This document shows positions 9,466-20,295 of a stretch of 64,000 nucleotides of DNA, piece by piece (within the stretch, counting starts at the first letter, position 1; each line of letters starts with the position of its first letter). The stretch is from Sedimentisphaerales bacterium (GTDB taxonomy: Bacteria; Planctomycetota; Phycisphaerae; Sedimentisphaerales; SM23-30): assembly GCA_963663965.2 (NCBI GenBank), contig CAXXFK010000030.1, positions 64,001 to 128,000 on the forward strand, in the 5' to 3' direction. The notes under the pieces are model-generated. The model saw only the letters and a list, made by a program, of their open reading frames with translations, ran no database searches and was not told the DNA's origin. A program made the translations under genes and the position numbers.

Positions 9466-11667
9466 TTATTTTACCTCAAGTTCCGTTGAGACTGGTTTTG
9501 CTGCGCCAAGGGCGAGGCTGCGGGGGGAGGGGCAGCTGGATGCAATGGTGACCTGGAAGCGGCCGGGTTCGAGGATGCGCTGGCCGTCGTTGTCGACGAT
9601 CTGGAGCAATTTGGGGGTGATTTCAAAGGAGACCTGACTTTTCTGGCCGGGTTTGAGCGCGAGGCGCTGCATGCCTTTGAGGGCATATTGCGGGACGGGG
9701 ACAGAGGCTTGCAGGTCGGTAATATAGAGCTGGGCGACTTCTTCGCCGGCGGTCTGGCCGGTATTGGTGATGGTAGCGGTGATGGTGACGGATTGGCCGG
9801 ATGAAATGGATTGCCGGCTCAGCTTGATGTTGCTGTAGGCGAATTGGGTGTAACTTAAGCCGAAACCGAATGGGTACATGGGTTCTTTGGTCATATAGCG
9901 ATAGGTGCGGCCGGCCATGGCGTAGTCTTCATAAAGGGGCAGATCGGCCAGCGATCTGGGGAAGGTAATGGGCAGGCGTCCGGAAGGAACTGCGTCACCA
10001 AAGAGGACATCGGCGACCGCCTGGCCGCCTTGCTGGCCGGGATACCAGACCAGCAGAAGCGCGTCGGCCAGGTCGTATAATTCGGGACAGACCACCGGGC
10101 TGCCGGTAGTGAGGATGACGACCAGCTTTTTCGCGTTGCGGCGAATTTTCTTGAGGAAGTCGATCTGGTTTTGAGGCAGGTCGATATTGAACCGGTCGCC
10201 TTTGTCGGGCGAAGCAATCGATTCGCCTTCTTCACCTTCGAGCAGGCTGTTGATGCCCAGGCAGGCGATGGTGATATCGGATTCTGCCGCGACGCCGCTG
10301 AACCAGTCGATGGGATTGATGTTGGGGCGATCGAGCAGGGCGCCCTGACGATATTGTACCGAGGTGTGTGGGCTGACTTTGCCGACGATCCCTTCGAGAA
10401 TCGTGACCATGTTTTCGTTCTGGCCGTAATAATTGGCCAGTAGAGAGTCGAGATCGGTAGCCAATGGTCCGCAGACATAGACCTGGCGGAGGTCTTTGGC
10501 GATGGGCAGGGTGTTTTGGGTGTTTTTGAGCAGGACCAGCGATTTGACGGCGGCTTCATGGGCAAGCCGGACATGGGCTTCGCAACCGATTTTATCCGGG
10601 CCGATCTGATTAAACGGCACCCTGTCCGGCGGATCGAACAGGCCCAACCGGAACCGGATCGGCAGCAGATCGGCCAGGTTCATATCGACATCTTTTTCGG
10701 TAATCAGGCCATCTTTAAGAGCCTGGGGCAGGGCGCGATAGGCATCGCCGCAGTTTAGATTACAGCCGGCAAGCAGGGCTGTGGCGGCCGATTCCGCGGC
10801 GGTTTTGACGATCTTGTGGCCCTGGAAGAAGTCGTTGATGGCCCAGCAATCGGAGGTGAAGTAGCCATCAAAACCCCATTGGACACGAAGCACTTCATGC
10901 ATCAGATAGGGATGGGCACAACAGGGATGGCCGTTGGTACGGTTGTAAGCCCCCATGACACCCTGGACCCGTGCTTCGGTGACGAGTGTTTCAAACGCGG
11001 GCAGGTAGGTATCCCAGAGGTCGCGGGGTGAGACGACCGCGTCAAATTCGTGGCGCAGGCCTTCGGGGCCGCTATGGACGGCATAATGTTTGGCGCAGCC
11101 GGCGGCCTGGAGGTAGCGGGGATTGTCACCTTGCAGGCCACGGACAAACGCGCCGGCCATCTGACCGGTGAGGAAAGGGTCTTCGCCGTAGGTTTCCTGG
11201 CCACGGCCCCAGCGCGGATCGCGAAAGATATTGATATTAGGAGTCCAGAAGGTGAGGCCCTGATACTGGCCGCGATAACCCTGGGCGGAGCAGGCATTGA
11301 ACTTGGCGCGGCCTTCGACACCGATGGCCGAACCGATCTGTTGCATCAGGTCGGTATCGAAAGTGGCGGCCATGCCGATGGCCTGGGGGAAGATGGTGGC
11401 CCGACCATTACGCGCGACTCCATGCAGGCATTCGTTCCACCAGTTGTAAGCCGGGATGCCCAGCCGTTCAATGGCGGGGGCGTTCCACATCAACTGGCCC
11501 ATTTTTTCTTCAGGGGTCATGCGACCGATCAGATCGGCAACCCGCTGGGCTTCGGGAAGGCTGGGATTCTGAAAGGGATATTGATATTCTGCTGACCAAC
11601 CCAAAGCGCTTAAGAGGCCCACAATTAATAAAACCGATTTCCAATTGAAGACAAAATGCTTTTTCAT
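9466..11667 (-). CDS. glycoside hydrolase family 3 (beta-xylosidase/beta-glucosidase) with Fn3-like domain
   Basis: WWNECLHG, WTPNINIFRDPRWGRGQETYGEDP, KHYAVH, SDCWA nucleophile region, YPFGFGLSYT. Confidence 0.95.
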   Translation of the reverse strand: MKKHFVFNWKSVLLIVGLLSALGWSAEYQYPFQNPSLPEAQRVADLIGRMTPEEKMGQLMWNAPAIERLGIPAYNWWNECLHGVARNGRATIFPQAIGMAATFDTDLMQQIGSAIGVEGRAKFNACSAQGYRGQYQGLTFWTPNINIFRDPRWGRGQETYGEDPFLTGQMAGAFVRGLQGDNPRYLQAAGCAKHYAVHSGPEGLRHEFDAVVSPRDLWDTYLPAFETLVTEARVQGVMGAYNRTNGHPCCAHPYLMHEVLRVQWGFDGYFTSDCWAINDFFQGHKIVKTAAESAATALLAGCNLNCGDAYRALPQALKDGLITEKDVDMNLADLLPIRFRLGLFDPPDRVPFNQIGPDKIGCEAHVRLAHEAAVKSLVLLKNTQNTLPIAKDLRQVYVCGPLATDLDSLLANYYGQNENMVTILEGIVGKVSPHTSVQYRQGALLDRPNINPIDWFSGVAAESDITIACLGINSLLEGEEGESIASPDKGDRFNIDLPQNQIDFLKKIRRNAKKLVVILTTGSPVVCPELYDLADALLLVWYPGQQGGQAVADVLFGDAVPSGRLPITFPRSLADLPLYEDYAMAGRTYRYMTKEPMYPFGFGLSYTQFAYSNIKLSRQSISSGQSVTITATITNTGQTAGEEVAQLYITDLQASVPVPQYALKGMQRLALKPGQKSQVSFEITPKLLQIVDNDGQRILEPGRFQVTIASSCPSPRSLALGAAKPVSTELEVK

Positions 11668-12097
11668 AATAAGAGCTCCCGTAAATAAAATAATACAATT
11701 TGGTCAATTTATAATGGATTTATCTGAACATGGCAATTCAATAACGAACAGTAAGATATTTTGAACAAACGACAGTTGTTCCAGGTGGCGAGTCATCGCA
11801 GATAAAAAAAGCGGATTTTTATTTTGCAATATGATTCATATAACTATATGATTTGAAAAGAATTAGAAAAATATTAGTTACAGGCGGGTCATGACGCAAA
11901 GTCATGCTTGCCAGAGTTGGTGGATTGCGATAGAATTTCTGACAATAGTTTTAATCAGACAAACGCAAGGAGCCGGGGGGAGGGGCCATAGTTGTAACTA
12001 TACCCTTATAATGCAGTTACGGTTCGAAAATCAAGTATAAGCTTTATTGAATAATTCCTCCTGAGCAGTTGGCTAACCGAACAAAAGGAACCCGATT

Positions 12098-13150
12098 GTG
12101 ATCATTGATTCTATATTAGGTTTATTTTCAGTGGATATGGGCATTGACCTGGGTACCTGTAATACGCTGGTTTGTGTCCGGGGCGAGGGTATCGTCCTAA
12201 ACGAACCTTCGGTGGTCGCTGTCAGGAAAGGAACCAACCAGGTCTTGCAGGGCGGAAACGCAGTGGGTCTGGTGGCGAAAGAAATGCTGGGTAAGACACC
12301 GGGTTCGATTTCTGCAATCCGGCCTTTGAAAGATGGGGTTATCAGTGATTTTGAAATAACCGAAGCGATGCTGAGTTATTTTATCCGTAAAGTACATGGC
12401 CGACGAGGATTGATCCGTCCGCGCGTGGTGATTGCAGTGCCATCCGGCATAACGGCGGTTGAAAAACGCGCAGTACTGGATTCTGCGGAGCGAGCCAATG
12501 CGCGAAAGGTATACCTGGTGCAAGAACCGATGGCGGCCGGACTGGGCGCCGGGCTGCCGATTACAGAGCCGACCGCATCCATGATTGTCGATATCGGAGG
12601 CGGAACCACGGAAGTGGCGATCATGTCACTGGCGGATGTCAGTGTGCGGGAATCGGTGCGGGTGGCCGGCGATGATATGGATGACGCCATCATCAATCAT
12701 TTAAAACGCACTTATAACCTGCTGATCGGTGCGCCCCGTGCGGAGAAAATCAAGATTGAAATCGGATCAGCCTCGTCTTTAGACAAAGAGCTGACGATGG
12801 AAGTTGCCGGCCGTGATACTATATCTGGTTTACCCCGAAAGATTGTCATTACCAGTGAAGAGATTCGGGAAGCGCTGAAAGAGCCGGTGTCGGCTATTAT
12901 TGACGCGGTAACGCGAACTCTTGAACGGGCCGAGCCGGAACTGGCCGCGGATTTGATCGATAACGGCATCTGTCTGGCCGGTGGTGGCGCCCTGTTGCGG
13001 CGGCTGGATGTGGTACTGTGTAACGCCACTGGTCTGGCCGTGCGTATCGCAGATGATCCATTGTCATGTGTGGCGCGGGGCACCAGCGTTTATCTGGAAA
13101 ATCTCGAGCTTTGGAAAGACACGCTCGAATCAGACGATATCAATGTCTAG
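12098..13150 (+). CDS. mreB: rod shape-determining actin-like protein MreB
   Basis: DMGIDLGT, NEPSVVA, IRPLKDGVISDF, EPMAA, DIGGGTTEVA, LAGGGALL. Confidence 0.97.
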   Translation: MIIDSILGLFSVDMGIDLGTCNTLVCVRGEGIVLNEPSVVAVRKGTNQVLQGGNAVGLVAKEMLGKTPGSISAIRPLKDGVISDFEITEAMLSYFIRKVHGRRGLIRPRVVIAVPSGITAVEKRAVLDSAERANARKVYLVQEPMAAGLGAGLPITEPTASMIVDIGGGTTEVAIMSLADVSVRESVRVAGDDMDDAIINHLKRTYNLLIGAPRAEKIKIEIGSASSLDKELTMEVAGRDTISGLPRKIVITSEEIREALKEPVSAIIDAVTRTLERAEPELAADLIDNGICLAGGGALLRRLDVVLCNATGLAVRIADDPLSCVARGTSVYLENLELWKDTLESDDINV

Positions 13151-13168
13151 TTATTTTGAGTTGTTGCC

Positions 13169-14125
13169 ATGGGTTTCAAAACTCCCGGTTATCTAGGTTA
13201 CAGGGAAGCGTTCATTTACCTGATGGTTGTGTCGCTGATCGCCGTTTGTCTGCCTGCCCGGGTGACCGAGAGATTTGACCATGCCATGGCAAAAATATTG
13301 GGACCATTTTATCTCCGGTCGCGTCAAAGCGGACTGGCGATTTCGGAACAGTTAAGAACGAATGATTCCGATCAGATATCTCCCCGCGAATGGCGTATGT
13401 TGATAGAGGAAACAAAACGCTATCAGATGGAAAACTCCAACTTGCGTCAGGAACTGATCAACCAGAAACAACTCGTCGAGCGACTGGCCGGATTGCGTCA
13501 ATCGCTCCGGATGGAACGAATGAGTTTTGTCGCGGCGTCGGTAATGGGATCGACAGGAAATGCCGCCAGCCGGATTTATCTGCTGGATCATGGTACTGCC
13601 AGCCAGGTGCGCCCTGGATTGTATGCAGTCGGAGGCTCAGATTGGGAAAAAGATGGGGAGCAGACGTCCGATAAGCCCGATATTGGGGTGTCGGATGAAT
13701 CCGTGGCCGGTTATTACGATCATGCTGTGGTAGGCCGGATCGTATCGTCCGGCGCTCAAACAAGCAATTTGCAGTTGATTACTGATCCTGCGTTTCGAGT
13801 GCCGGTGATTATTGAGCCAAGTCCGGAGCGGGGCGAGAACTGGCAAGCGGAAGGAATGCTTATTGGTCAGGGGATGCAGCCGATCATTATTACAATGGTT
13901 TCTTCGAATTATCCGGTTCAGCCCAATGACCCGGTTTTTATCCGTAGCGCGCCGGATACTTTGCCAATCCCGGTTGTAACCGGGAAGGTTCAGTCTGCCC
14001 AGCGTGATGAGAAAAATCCCGTCATGCTGAATATTACCGTCCGGCCAATGATTGAACTGGAACGCCTTAATGAGGTGGTGGTCGTGACCCCTGTGCATGA
14101 AGCGCATACCGAGGAGATTCGCTAA
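13169..14125 (+). CDS. mreC: rod shape-determining protein MreC
   Basis: Follows mreB; TM, coiled coil, then LDHGT..QVRPG, VVGRI, LITDP, V.PMI....LNEVVV pattern. Confidence 0.8.
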   Translation: MGFKTPGYLGYREAFIYLMVVSLIAVCLPARVTERFDHAMAKILGPFYLRSRQSGLAISEQLRTNDSDQISPREWRMLIEETKRYQMENSNLRQELINQKQLVERLAGLRQSLRMERMSFVAASVMGSTGNAASRIYLLDHGTASQVRPGLYAVGGSDWEKDGEQTSDKPDIGVSDESVAGYYDHAVVGRIVSSGAQTSNLQLITDPAFRVPVIIEPSPERGENWQAEGMLIGQGMQPIIITMVSSNYPVQPNDPVFIRSAPDTLPIPVVTGKVQSAQRDEKNPVMLNITVRPMIELERLNEVVVVTPVHEAHTEEIR

Positions 14126-14128
14126 GTT

Positions 14129-14638
14129 ATGCGCTGGATTCCTTTTTTGATATTAACAGTGGTTATCCTGATTTTTCAGGTTGGCATTGTCCCTCCCCTG
14201 GGACTGGGCCCCCAGCGGATAGTGCCCGATTTAATGCTCATGTTAACGGTGGTTCTGGCATTGCGAGGCGAAAAAAACCGCGTATTGCTGGCTTGCTGGA
14301 TCATTGGCACATTTAAAGATCTGGCCAGTGAAGCTCCACTGGGATGTCATGCCCTGACCTATGGCCTGGCGGCAATCTTTATTGTTTCGATTCGTGATTA
14401 TCTTTATGGCAACCGACCGGTCATCCTGATGCTGCTGACTCTGGTTCTGGCTTTTCTGACGCAATTGTTTGAATTATGGCTTTATCTAGTCAGGCAGGGC
14501 GCTTTGATGGAGTCTTTTCGCCCGGCGCTTTTGAATGTGCTGTTTTCCGCCCTGTTTACGGCGGCACTGGCGCCTTATATGAGCTGGTTGATCGCATCGA
14601 TGCATCATCAACTCGGATTACCCGGGCGCCGTAATTGA
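14129..14638 (+). CDS. mreD: rod shape-determining protein MreD
   Basis: Hydrophobic 169 aa, PDLML, G..KDL.S..PLG..AL.Y; follows mreC. Confidence 0.85.
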   Translation: MRWIPFLILTVVILIFQVGIVPPLGLGPQRIVPDLMLMLTVVLALRGEKNRVLLACWIIGTFKDLASEAPLGCHALTYGLAAIFIVSIRDYLYGNRPVILMLLTLVLAFLTQLFELWLYLVRQGALMESFRPALLNVLFSALFTAALAPYMSWLIASMHHQLGLPGRRN

Positions 14639-14811
14639 CAGTGATAAGAAACGGAAATGAATACGATCCGATGTAAAAGAAAAAGCGGTGTTTTTCAGGT
14701 ACAGGGCAAATTTACAGGCAAAAAATTACCTTTAATACACAAAGGAAAAGTTTACTGCTCATCCTTTATCTATTAAAGGTATATGATTAAGGAGTGCTGT
14801 AGTGTCGGCAA

Positions 14812-14982
14812 TTAATGGAACGGAACTACGATGGGCGTGCAGGCAGTCAGGTCGTTAATCTCGACTTTCATCAGGTGATCCAGATATTCCTGCAATTCTT
14901 CTTCACTGAACTGCGAAAGAAACTCCACAGAAGCGGTGAAATTCAAGCTGCGTATCTCTTCGATCAATTCAAATTTAGTCAT
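14812..14982 (-). CDS. small acidic hypothetical protein (56 aa)
   Basis: Hand translation MTKFELIEEIRSLNFTASVEFLSQFSEEELQEYLDHLMKVEINDLTACTPIVVPFH with GGAG RBS; below ORF-track cutoff. Confidence 0.65.
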   Translation of the reverse strand: MTKFELIEEIRSLNFTASVEFLSQFSEEELQEYLDHLMKVEINDLTACTPIVVPFH

Positions 14983-15364
14983 TTGATTCTGCTCCGTGCC
15001 CGGGGTTATTTATTCTGCTCAAACAAAAGAGCCGGGATTAACCGAGGCTTTCAATCCTGGCGGTAAAATGTATCGACAGCAAGTGTTGCATTTCTTTAAC
15101 GCTTTTCCACCAAGTAATAACGACTTTTTTTTGTCCGATAAAAACTGTCTGGTCAGGCTGAATTTGGCCACTTTATCGGTCCGCCCTTTCGGGCTCAGAA
15201 TTTTACCAGGATACCCAATCGTCTTTCCGGGATTTTCATTCTGGTTGGGGGGGATAATAAAGAGAATTGACCTGTTCTAACGTATAGTTTATTGTCTGGA
15301 TGAATTCATAAAACGCATCAGGATTTTCTGTTACTTCGGACGATGAAAGGATAACATATTAATA

Positions 15365-16450
15365 GTGACCATGTTAGAAACCGATCTCAACGAGAATTGT
15401 TATAACCGGCGTACTCCCAGAAGTCAGCCGAGATTTAAGCTTTGGCATTCAGTGGGTCTGATGCTCACCTACTGGTGTTCAAGCCGGTGTGCCTGCTGTT
15501 ACGTCTATTGCGGTCCCGACGCGGATGTGCAGTCAGAGCCAATGAGTACTGAACTGGCCATCTCCTGCTGGCGGAGTATATTGAGATTGGCCGGTACGCG
15601 CGGCAAGGTCCATATAACTGGCGGAGAGCCTTTTAAACATTATGCCAGAATTAAAGATATATTGCATCGGGCTGGAGAGCTGGCATTATCCGGTTTGGAG
15701 AAGGTTGAGACCAACGCATATTGGTGTATGGATGAATTAACTGCCCGTGAACGACTGACCGAACTGGATCGATTGGGTCTGACACTACTGCAGATCAGTA
15801 CTGATATCTATCATCAGGAATATATCCCAATAGAGCGTGTCCAGTTGTGTTATCGTATTGCCTGTGAGATCCTTGGACACGATCGGGTACGTTTGCGCTG
15901 GCATGAATTTTATGAAAATCCAGTCTTATTGAAAGATCTTGAACCTGACATCCGTGAAGAGCTGCTGCGAGATGAGCTGACGAAGCGTCCCGAACGAATG
16001 GTGGGACGAGCCGGGGATTGTCTGGCCCGCCTGGCTCGGGCCGATGATGAGATACCGGCGATTAAGTTAATTTCTTACCAAGATTTAACCGATTTTAGTT
16101 GTACGGCGATACTAGGAGCAGGCCATGTCCATATTGATGCGGCCGGCCGAGTTTTTTCTGGTACCTGTGCCGGCATCATACTTTGCACCGTTGACAGCAC
16201 CGATGATAATAACCTCTTTGAACAATGGAAGCGATTTGATCCAGAGCGCCATCCAATATGGTCGGTCCTGTTGCATGAAGGTCCTGCGGGCCTTGCCCGG
16301 ATTGCCAGTGAATATGGTTTCGAGCCAGAAACACAATATGCAGGAAAATGCCATTTGTGCTTTGAGGTTCGTAAATACTTGTATAACAAGGGTTTGTTTT
16401 TGGAGTGGCTGGGGCCGGCTTTATGTTATGGCAGTAAAGCGGAAAGTTAA
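15365..16450 (+). CDS. radical SAM protein
   Basis: CSSRCACC (CxxxCxxC), ITGGEPF, VETNA, C-terminal CHLC. Confidence 0.9.
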   Translation: MTMLETDLNENCYNRRTPRSQPRFKLWHSVGLMLTYWCSSRCACCYVYCGPDADVQSEPMSTELAISCWRSILRLAGTRGKVHITGGEPFKHYARIKDILHRAGELALSGLEKVETNAYWCMDELTARERLTELDRLGLTLLQISTDIYHQEYIPIERVQLCYRIACEILGHDRVRLRWHEFYENPVLLKDLEPDIREELLRDELTKRPERMVGRAGDCLARLARADDEIPAIKLISYQDLTDFSCTAILGAGHVHIDAAGRVFSGTCAGIILCTVDSTDDNNLFEQWKRFDPERHPIWSVLLHEGPAGLARIASEYGFEPETQYAGKCHLCFEVRKYLYNKGLFLEWLGPALCYGSKAES

Positions 16451-16558
16451 ATTTAAAGATTTTATAACTTGACGCACTGTTTGGCAGTGCTAAAATTAAC
16501 GTTTCTAATAAGGTGGTCCTTTGCAAACCTTTGCCGTACCCTTAAGTAATGTGTAACT

Positions 16559-17794
16559 ATGGCTGAAACGAATATAGATTCTATTCTAGGCAAACTCGTG
16601 GTTGAGAACAACCTCTGCACGCCTGAAGAAGTCAAAAGATGCATCGAAACGATAAAGAAGACTTCAGGCGAAAATCCCAAGAGTTTGCAGGAATCTTTGC
16701 TCGATAACGGGTTTTTGACCCGGACCCAGCTGGCCCGGATCCGCCGGAGTATAGAGGAGTCGAGGCCGGCCCAGCGGATACCCGGATTTCAGATACTGGA
16801 GAAGCTGGGCGCCGGGGCGATGGCGACCGTGTTTAAAGCGCGTCAGATTTCACTGGATCGGCTGGTGGCGATCAAGGTATTGCCCAAGCGCCTCAGTGAG
16901 AATCCTGAATATGTCGAACGGTTTTACAAAGAAGGCAAAGCGGCGGCCAAGCTTAATCATCGAAATATCGTGCAGGCGATCGATGTCGGCGAGGCCGGGG
17001 GATATCACTATTTTGTGATGGAGTATGTCAAGGGCAAGACAGTCTATGATGATCTGGCGGCAGGTAAGGTTTACAGCGAGAAAGAGGCGCTCGATATCGT
17101 TTGTCAGATCGCTGACGCGTTGGAACACGCTCATAGCTGTGGTCTGATCCACCGTGATGTCAAGCCTAAAAATGTGATGCTAACCGAGGATGGAGTGGCT
17201 AAGCTGGCTGATATGGGTCTGGCGCGTGAGGCGGCGGATGAGGAGGCCGCGCAGATGGAGGCTGGTCGGGCTTATGGTACGCCCTATTATATCGCGCCTG
17301 AGCAGATCCGTGGTGAAATCGACATTGATTTCCGGGCGGACATCTATTCACTGGGCGCCATGTTTTATCATATGGTTACCGGTAAGGTTCCATTTGAAGC
17401 GCCTACGCCTTCGGCGGTTATGCACAAGCACCTCAAGGAACAACTGGTGCCTCCGGACCATCTTAACAAATCACTGAGTGTCGGAGTGGCTGAGGTTATC
17501 GAGGTGATGATGGCCAAAGATCGTAATACGCGATACAGCAGTGTGAAACTGTTAAAAGAAGATCTGGAAAGCATCCGACAAGGCGAGCCGCCACTGCATG
17601 CCCATAAAAGTATCGATCCGATGGTACTGGAGAATCTGGAAAAAGGCAGCAGTCAGGCCGATATTGAGTTGGAAGATGTGCTGGCGGAACGCGATAAGAA
17701 TATCGGCTTGAAGATGGCTGTGATCGTTTTAGCGGGTATGCTGGCAATCTCGGTGTTGACGATTATTGTTCTGGTTATGTCAAAAAATGGTTAA
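16559..17794 (+). CDS. Hanks-type serine/threonine protein kinase with C-terminal TM helix
   Basis: LGAGAMATV, VAIK, HRDVKPKN, KLADMG, GTPYYIAPEQ, DIYSLG. Confidence 0.95.
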   Translation: MAETNIDSILGKLVVENNLCTPEEVKRCIETIKKTSGENPKSLQESLLDNGFLTRTQLARIRRSIEESRPAQRIPGFQILEKLGAGAMATVFKARQISLDRLVAIKVLPKRLSENPEYVERFYKEGKAAAKLNHRNIVQAIDVGEAGGYHYFVMEYVKGKTVYDDLAAGKVYSEKEALDIVCQIADALEHAHSCGLIHRDVKPKNVMLTEDGVAKLADMGLAREAADEEAAQMEAGRAYGTPYYIAPEQIRGEIDIDFRADIYSLGAMFYHMVTGKVPFEAPTPSAVMHKHLKEQLVPPDHLNKSLSVGVAEVIEVMMAKDRNTRYSSVKLLKEDLESIRQGEPPLHAHKSIDPMVLENLEKGSSQADIELEDVLAERDKNIGLKMAVIVLAGMLAISVLTIIVLVMSKNG

Positions 17795-17939
17795 AGGCTC
17801 GTGATTTTCCGGGTTACCAACATCTCCTGAAGCTCATTTCCCTGTTCGGCCGATAGATAAGATATGAATTTGGAATTTCTCTCAGGCCTTTGAGTAATAT
17901 ATACCCCTTAAGCCGGTTTTGCTGGTTTGAGTTTGTTTT

Positions 17940-18965
17940 ATGTCCGCTTTGCTGAAAATCAAACAACGGAAGCCGATCAGTAAGCTCACAATCATTTTGT
18001 GTCTGCTTTTTCTGGTTATTGGCGTGGGGATTGTGGGTTTCAGCCTGGCGGGGCATCGGTCGTTACTGGATTCCTTTTATCTGACCCTGGTAACCATCAG
18101 TACGTTGGGGATGCTCAGTGGCGAGTATCATTTTAATGACGGCGAGAAGTTGGTGGTGATGTTTATGATCGTGGTGGGTATCGCCGTGGCGACGACGGCG
18201 CTGAGTACACTGGTGGCTGTAGTGGTTGAAGGCCAGGTTCGCGGTATTTTCGGGAGACGCAAAGTGGATAAGATTATTGCCTCACTGAATCGTCATATTG
18301 TTGTATGCGGCTATGGCCGGACCGGCGCTTCGGTTTGTGAAACCCTTCAACGGCGCGATGTGCCGATTGTAGTGGTCGAGCGTGATGAGCAGGCCTGTGC
18401 CCGCGCTGAGGAAGATGGTTTGTTGTATATCCGTGGCGACGCCAGCGAAGAGTCAGTCTTGATCGACGCCGGTATCAAGAACGCACGCGGATTGATCAGC
18501 GTGCTGGATTCGGACGCGGCCAATGTATTTGTAACATTGATCGCGCGGGATTTGAATCCGAAAATTGTGATTGCGGCGCGTAGTGAAAAGCCGGAAAGCC
18601 AATCGCGCTTAAAACGGGCCGGCGCCAACGAGGTGGTTTGTTCTCAGATTATTGGCGCGACCCGGCTGGCGAATATCCTGACCCGGCCGGGAGTGGTTAA
18701 TTTTCTGGACTTTGCCGCCCAGGGGGTGGATCTGGAGGCGGAACAATATCGTATCGGCGAAGGCAATAAACTGATTGGACAATCGCTGCGCCAGGCCAAT
18801 CTGCCGCGTCAGGTGGGGGTTTTGATCATTGCCCTGAAACGGCACGATGGCATCACACTATTTAATCCGGATCCGGATACGGTGATTCAGCTAAACGATC
18901 AACTGCTGGTCACTGGCAAGGTGGGTTCGCTGGCCCGTCTGGAACATGGGTTCGCGCCGGAATGA
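17940..18965 (+). CDS. potassium channel protein with TrkA-N and TrkA-C (RCK) domains
   Basis: Two TMs around pore-like TISTLG, VCGYGRTG Rossmann motif, C-terminal RCK-C (IIALKR...FNPDPD). Confidence 0.9.
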   Translation: MSALLKIKQRKPISKLTIILCLLFLVIGVGIVGFSLAGHRSLLDSFYLTLVTISTLGMLSGEYHFNDGEKLVVMFMIVVGIAVATTALSTLVAVVVEGQVRGIFGRRKVDKIIASLNRHIVVCGYGRTGASVCETLQRRDVPIVVVERDEQACARAEEDGLLYIRGDASEESVLIDAGIKNARGLISVLDSDAANVFVTLIARDLNPKIVIAARSEKPESQSRLKRAGANEVVCSQIIGATRLANILTRPGVVNFLDFAAQGVDLEAEQYRIGEGNKLIGQSLRQANLPRQVGVLIIALKRHDGITLFNPDPDTVIQLNDQLLVTGKVGSLARLEHGFAPE

Positions 18966-19231
18966 GAAAGGAACTTTGGGAAATATTTTTTAGAGGATAT
19001 TTCCGGAAATAATGGCAGAACGGATTATGGCGCCTGCTTTACTCTTCTGTTACATGTGACTGGGATAACATTATGATGATATAGCTATGGTCGCCAAAGT
19101 CGAGTTCGAGATAATCAAGTTTCTTATCAGGGTCGATAATTTTTCATTTTTTTGAACTTTTTCCAGGGGGCTGTACGCCTATATAGTAGTGCAAGAACTT
19201 ATGGCGTAAATAAAGATTCAGGATTATTCGT

Positions 19232-19813
19232 ATGACTGACAAGTCCAGGCAACTAACTACCCATCATCGCAAGGCGTTGCGGCGGCTGTGGTTTCAGACC
19301 CTGGTTATACGCTTTCAAGCCGGGGATGACAGGGCACTGGGCGAGATCGTCGCAGAAATGCACCCGCCTTTACAGCAATTTCTGATTCACTCGTTTCGTC
19401 TGCCAAAGGATCAAACCGAGGACCTGCTTCAGGATGTCTGGCTTGAAGTGTGCCGTACACTGGGCCGGCTGCGCGAACCTGCGGCCTTGCGAACCTGGCT
19501 TTATCGTATCGCTCGCAGTCATGCTCTTTCTTTTGTTCGCACACAAACCCGCGGTCTCATTTCACTCGATATGGATACCGCCAGTCAGATTCCCGCGTTG
19601 CCTGACGTTCGATCTGGACCTGCAGGATTGCTCGAACTGATCGCGCCGCTGACGTTCCCGTTGCGCCAGGTTCTGGTTCTGCGTTTTTATGCCGGATTCT
19701 CCTATGACGAGATTGCCCGGACGCTGGATTGTCCCGTGGGGACGGTCCGTTCACGAATACATCACGCGAAAAATCAGTTACGAACACTTTTATCAAAGGA
19801 AAACCAATCATGA
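19232..19813 (+). CDS. ECF sigma-70 factor
   Basis: EDLLQDVW, TWLYRIARS, LRFYAGFSYDEIA..LDCPVGTVRSRIHHA. Confidence 0.93.
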   Translation: MTDKSRQLTTHHRKALRRLWFQTLVIRFQAGDDRALGEIVAEMHPPLQQFLIHSFRLPKDQTEDLLQDVWLEVCRTLGRLREPAALRTWLYRIARSHALSFVRTQTRGLISLDMDTASQIPALPDVRSGPAGLLELIAPLTFPLRQVLVLRFYAGFSYDEIARTLDCPVGTVRSRIHHAKNQLRTLLSKENQS

Positions 19814-20244
19814 CTACTCAAAAAACCATTCAAAGTGAATTAATGGATACGAATGAAGTGACCCAGATGGTTTTAAATCGTTCGCGTCGCCGGTTACGCC
19901 TGTGGGCGGGCACTGCGATTTTGTTGTGGATTCTGATCGCCATATTAATGGTTAGCGCCACTTACTTTTACTTTATCTGGATATTTCCTATTCAGAACGA
20001 AGTGGTTTATCAGATGATCAATGGCGCCCAACCGGCCTCTGCGATGGCTGATCGTTATCGGGAAATGATGCCGATTACTGCCAATTTATTTTCCTGGAGC
20101 GCTTTGATGGGAGCTGTCTTTCTGATTGCAGCTGCCATTGTGACCCTTCTTTACATCCGCGCCAGCAATCGGGCGAACCTGACTCTTATACGAAGTGAAC
20201 TGGCGGCAATTTCTGAGCAACTTCGACAGTTGACCTGTTCCTGA
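19810..20244 (+). CDS. two-TM membrane protein, candidate anti-sigma factor
   Basis: ATGA overlap with ECF stop; two hydrophobic helices. Confidence 0.6.
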   Translation: MTTQKTIQSELMDTNEVTQMVLNRSRRRLRLWAGTAILLWILIAILMVSATYFYFIWIFPIQNEVVYQMINGAQPASAMADRYREMMPITANLFSWSALMGAVFLIAAAIVTLLYIRASNRANLTLIRSELAAISEQLRQLTCS

Positions 20245-20295
20245 ACAACATTTATGGAAAAGTATCCGGGCATCCAGAAGCCTAGAGAGCTGATA

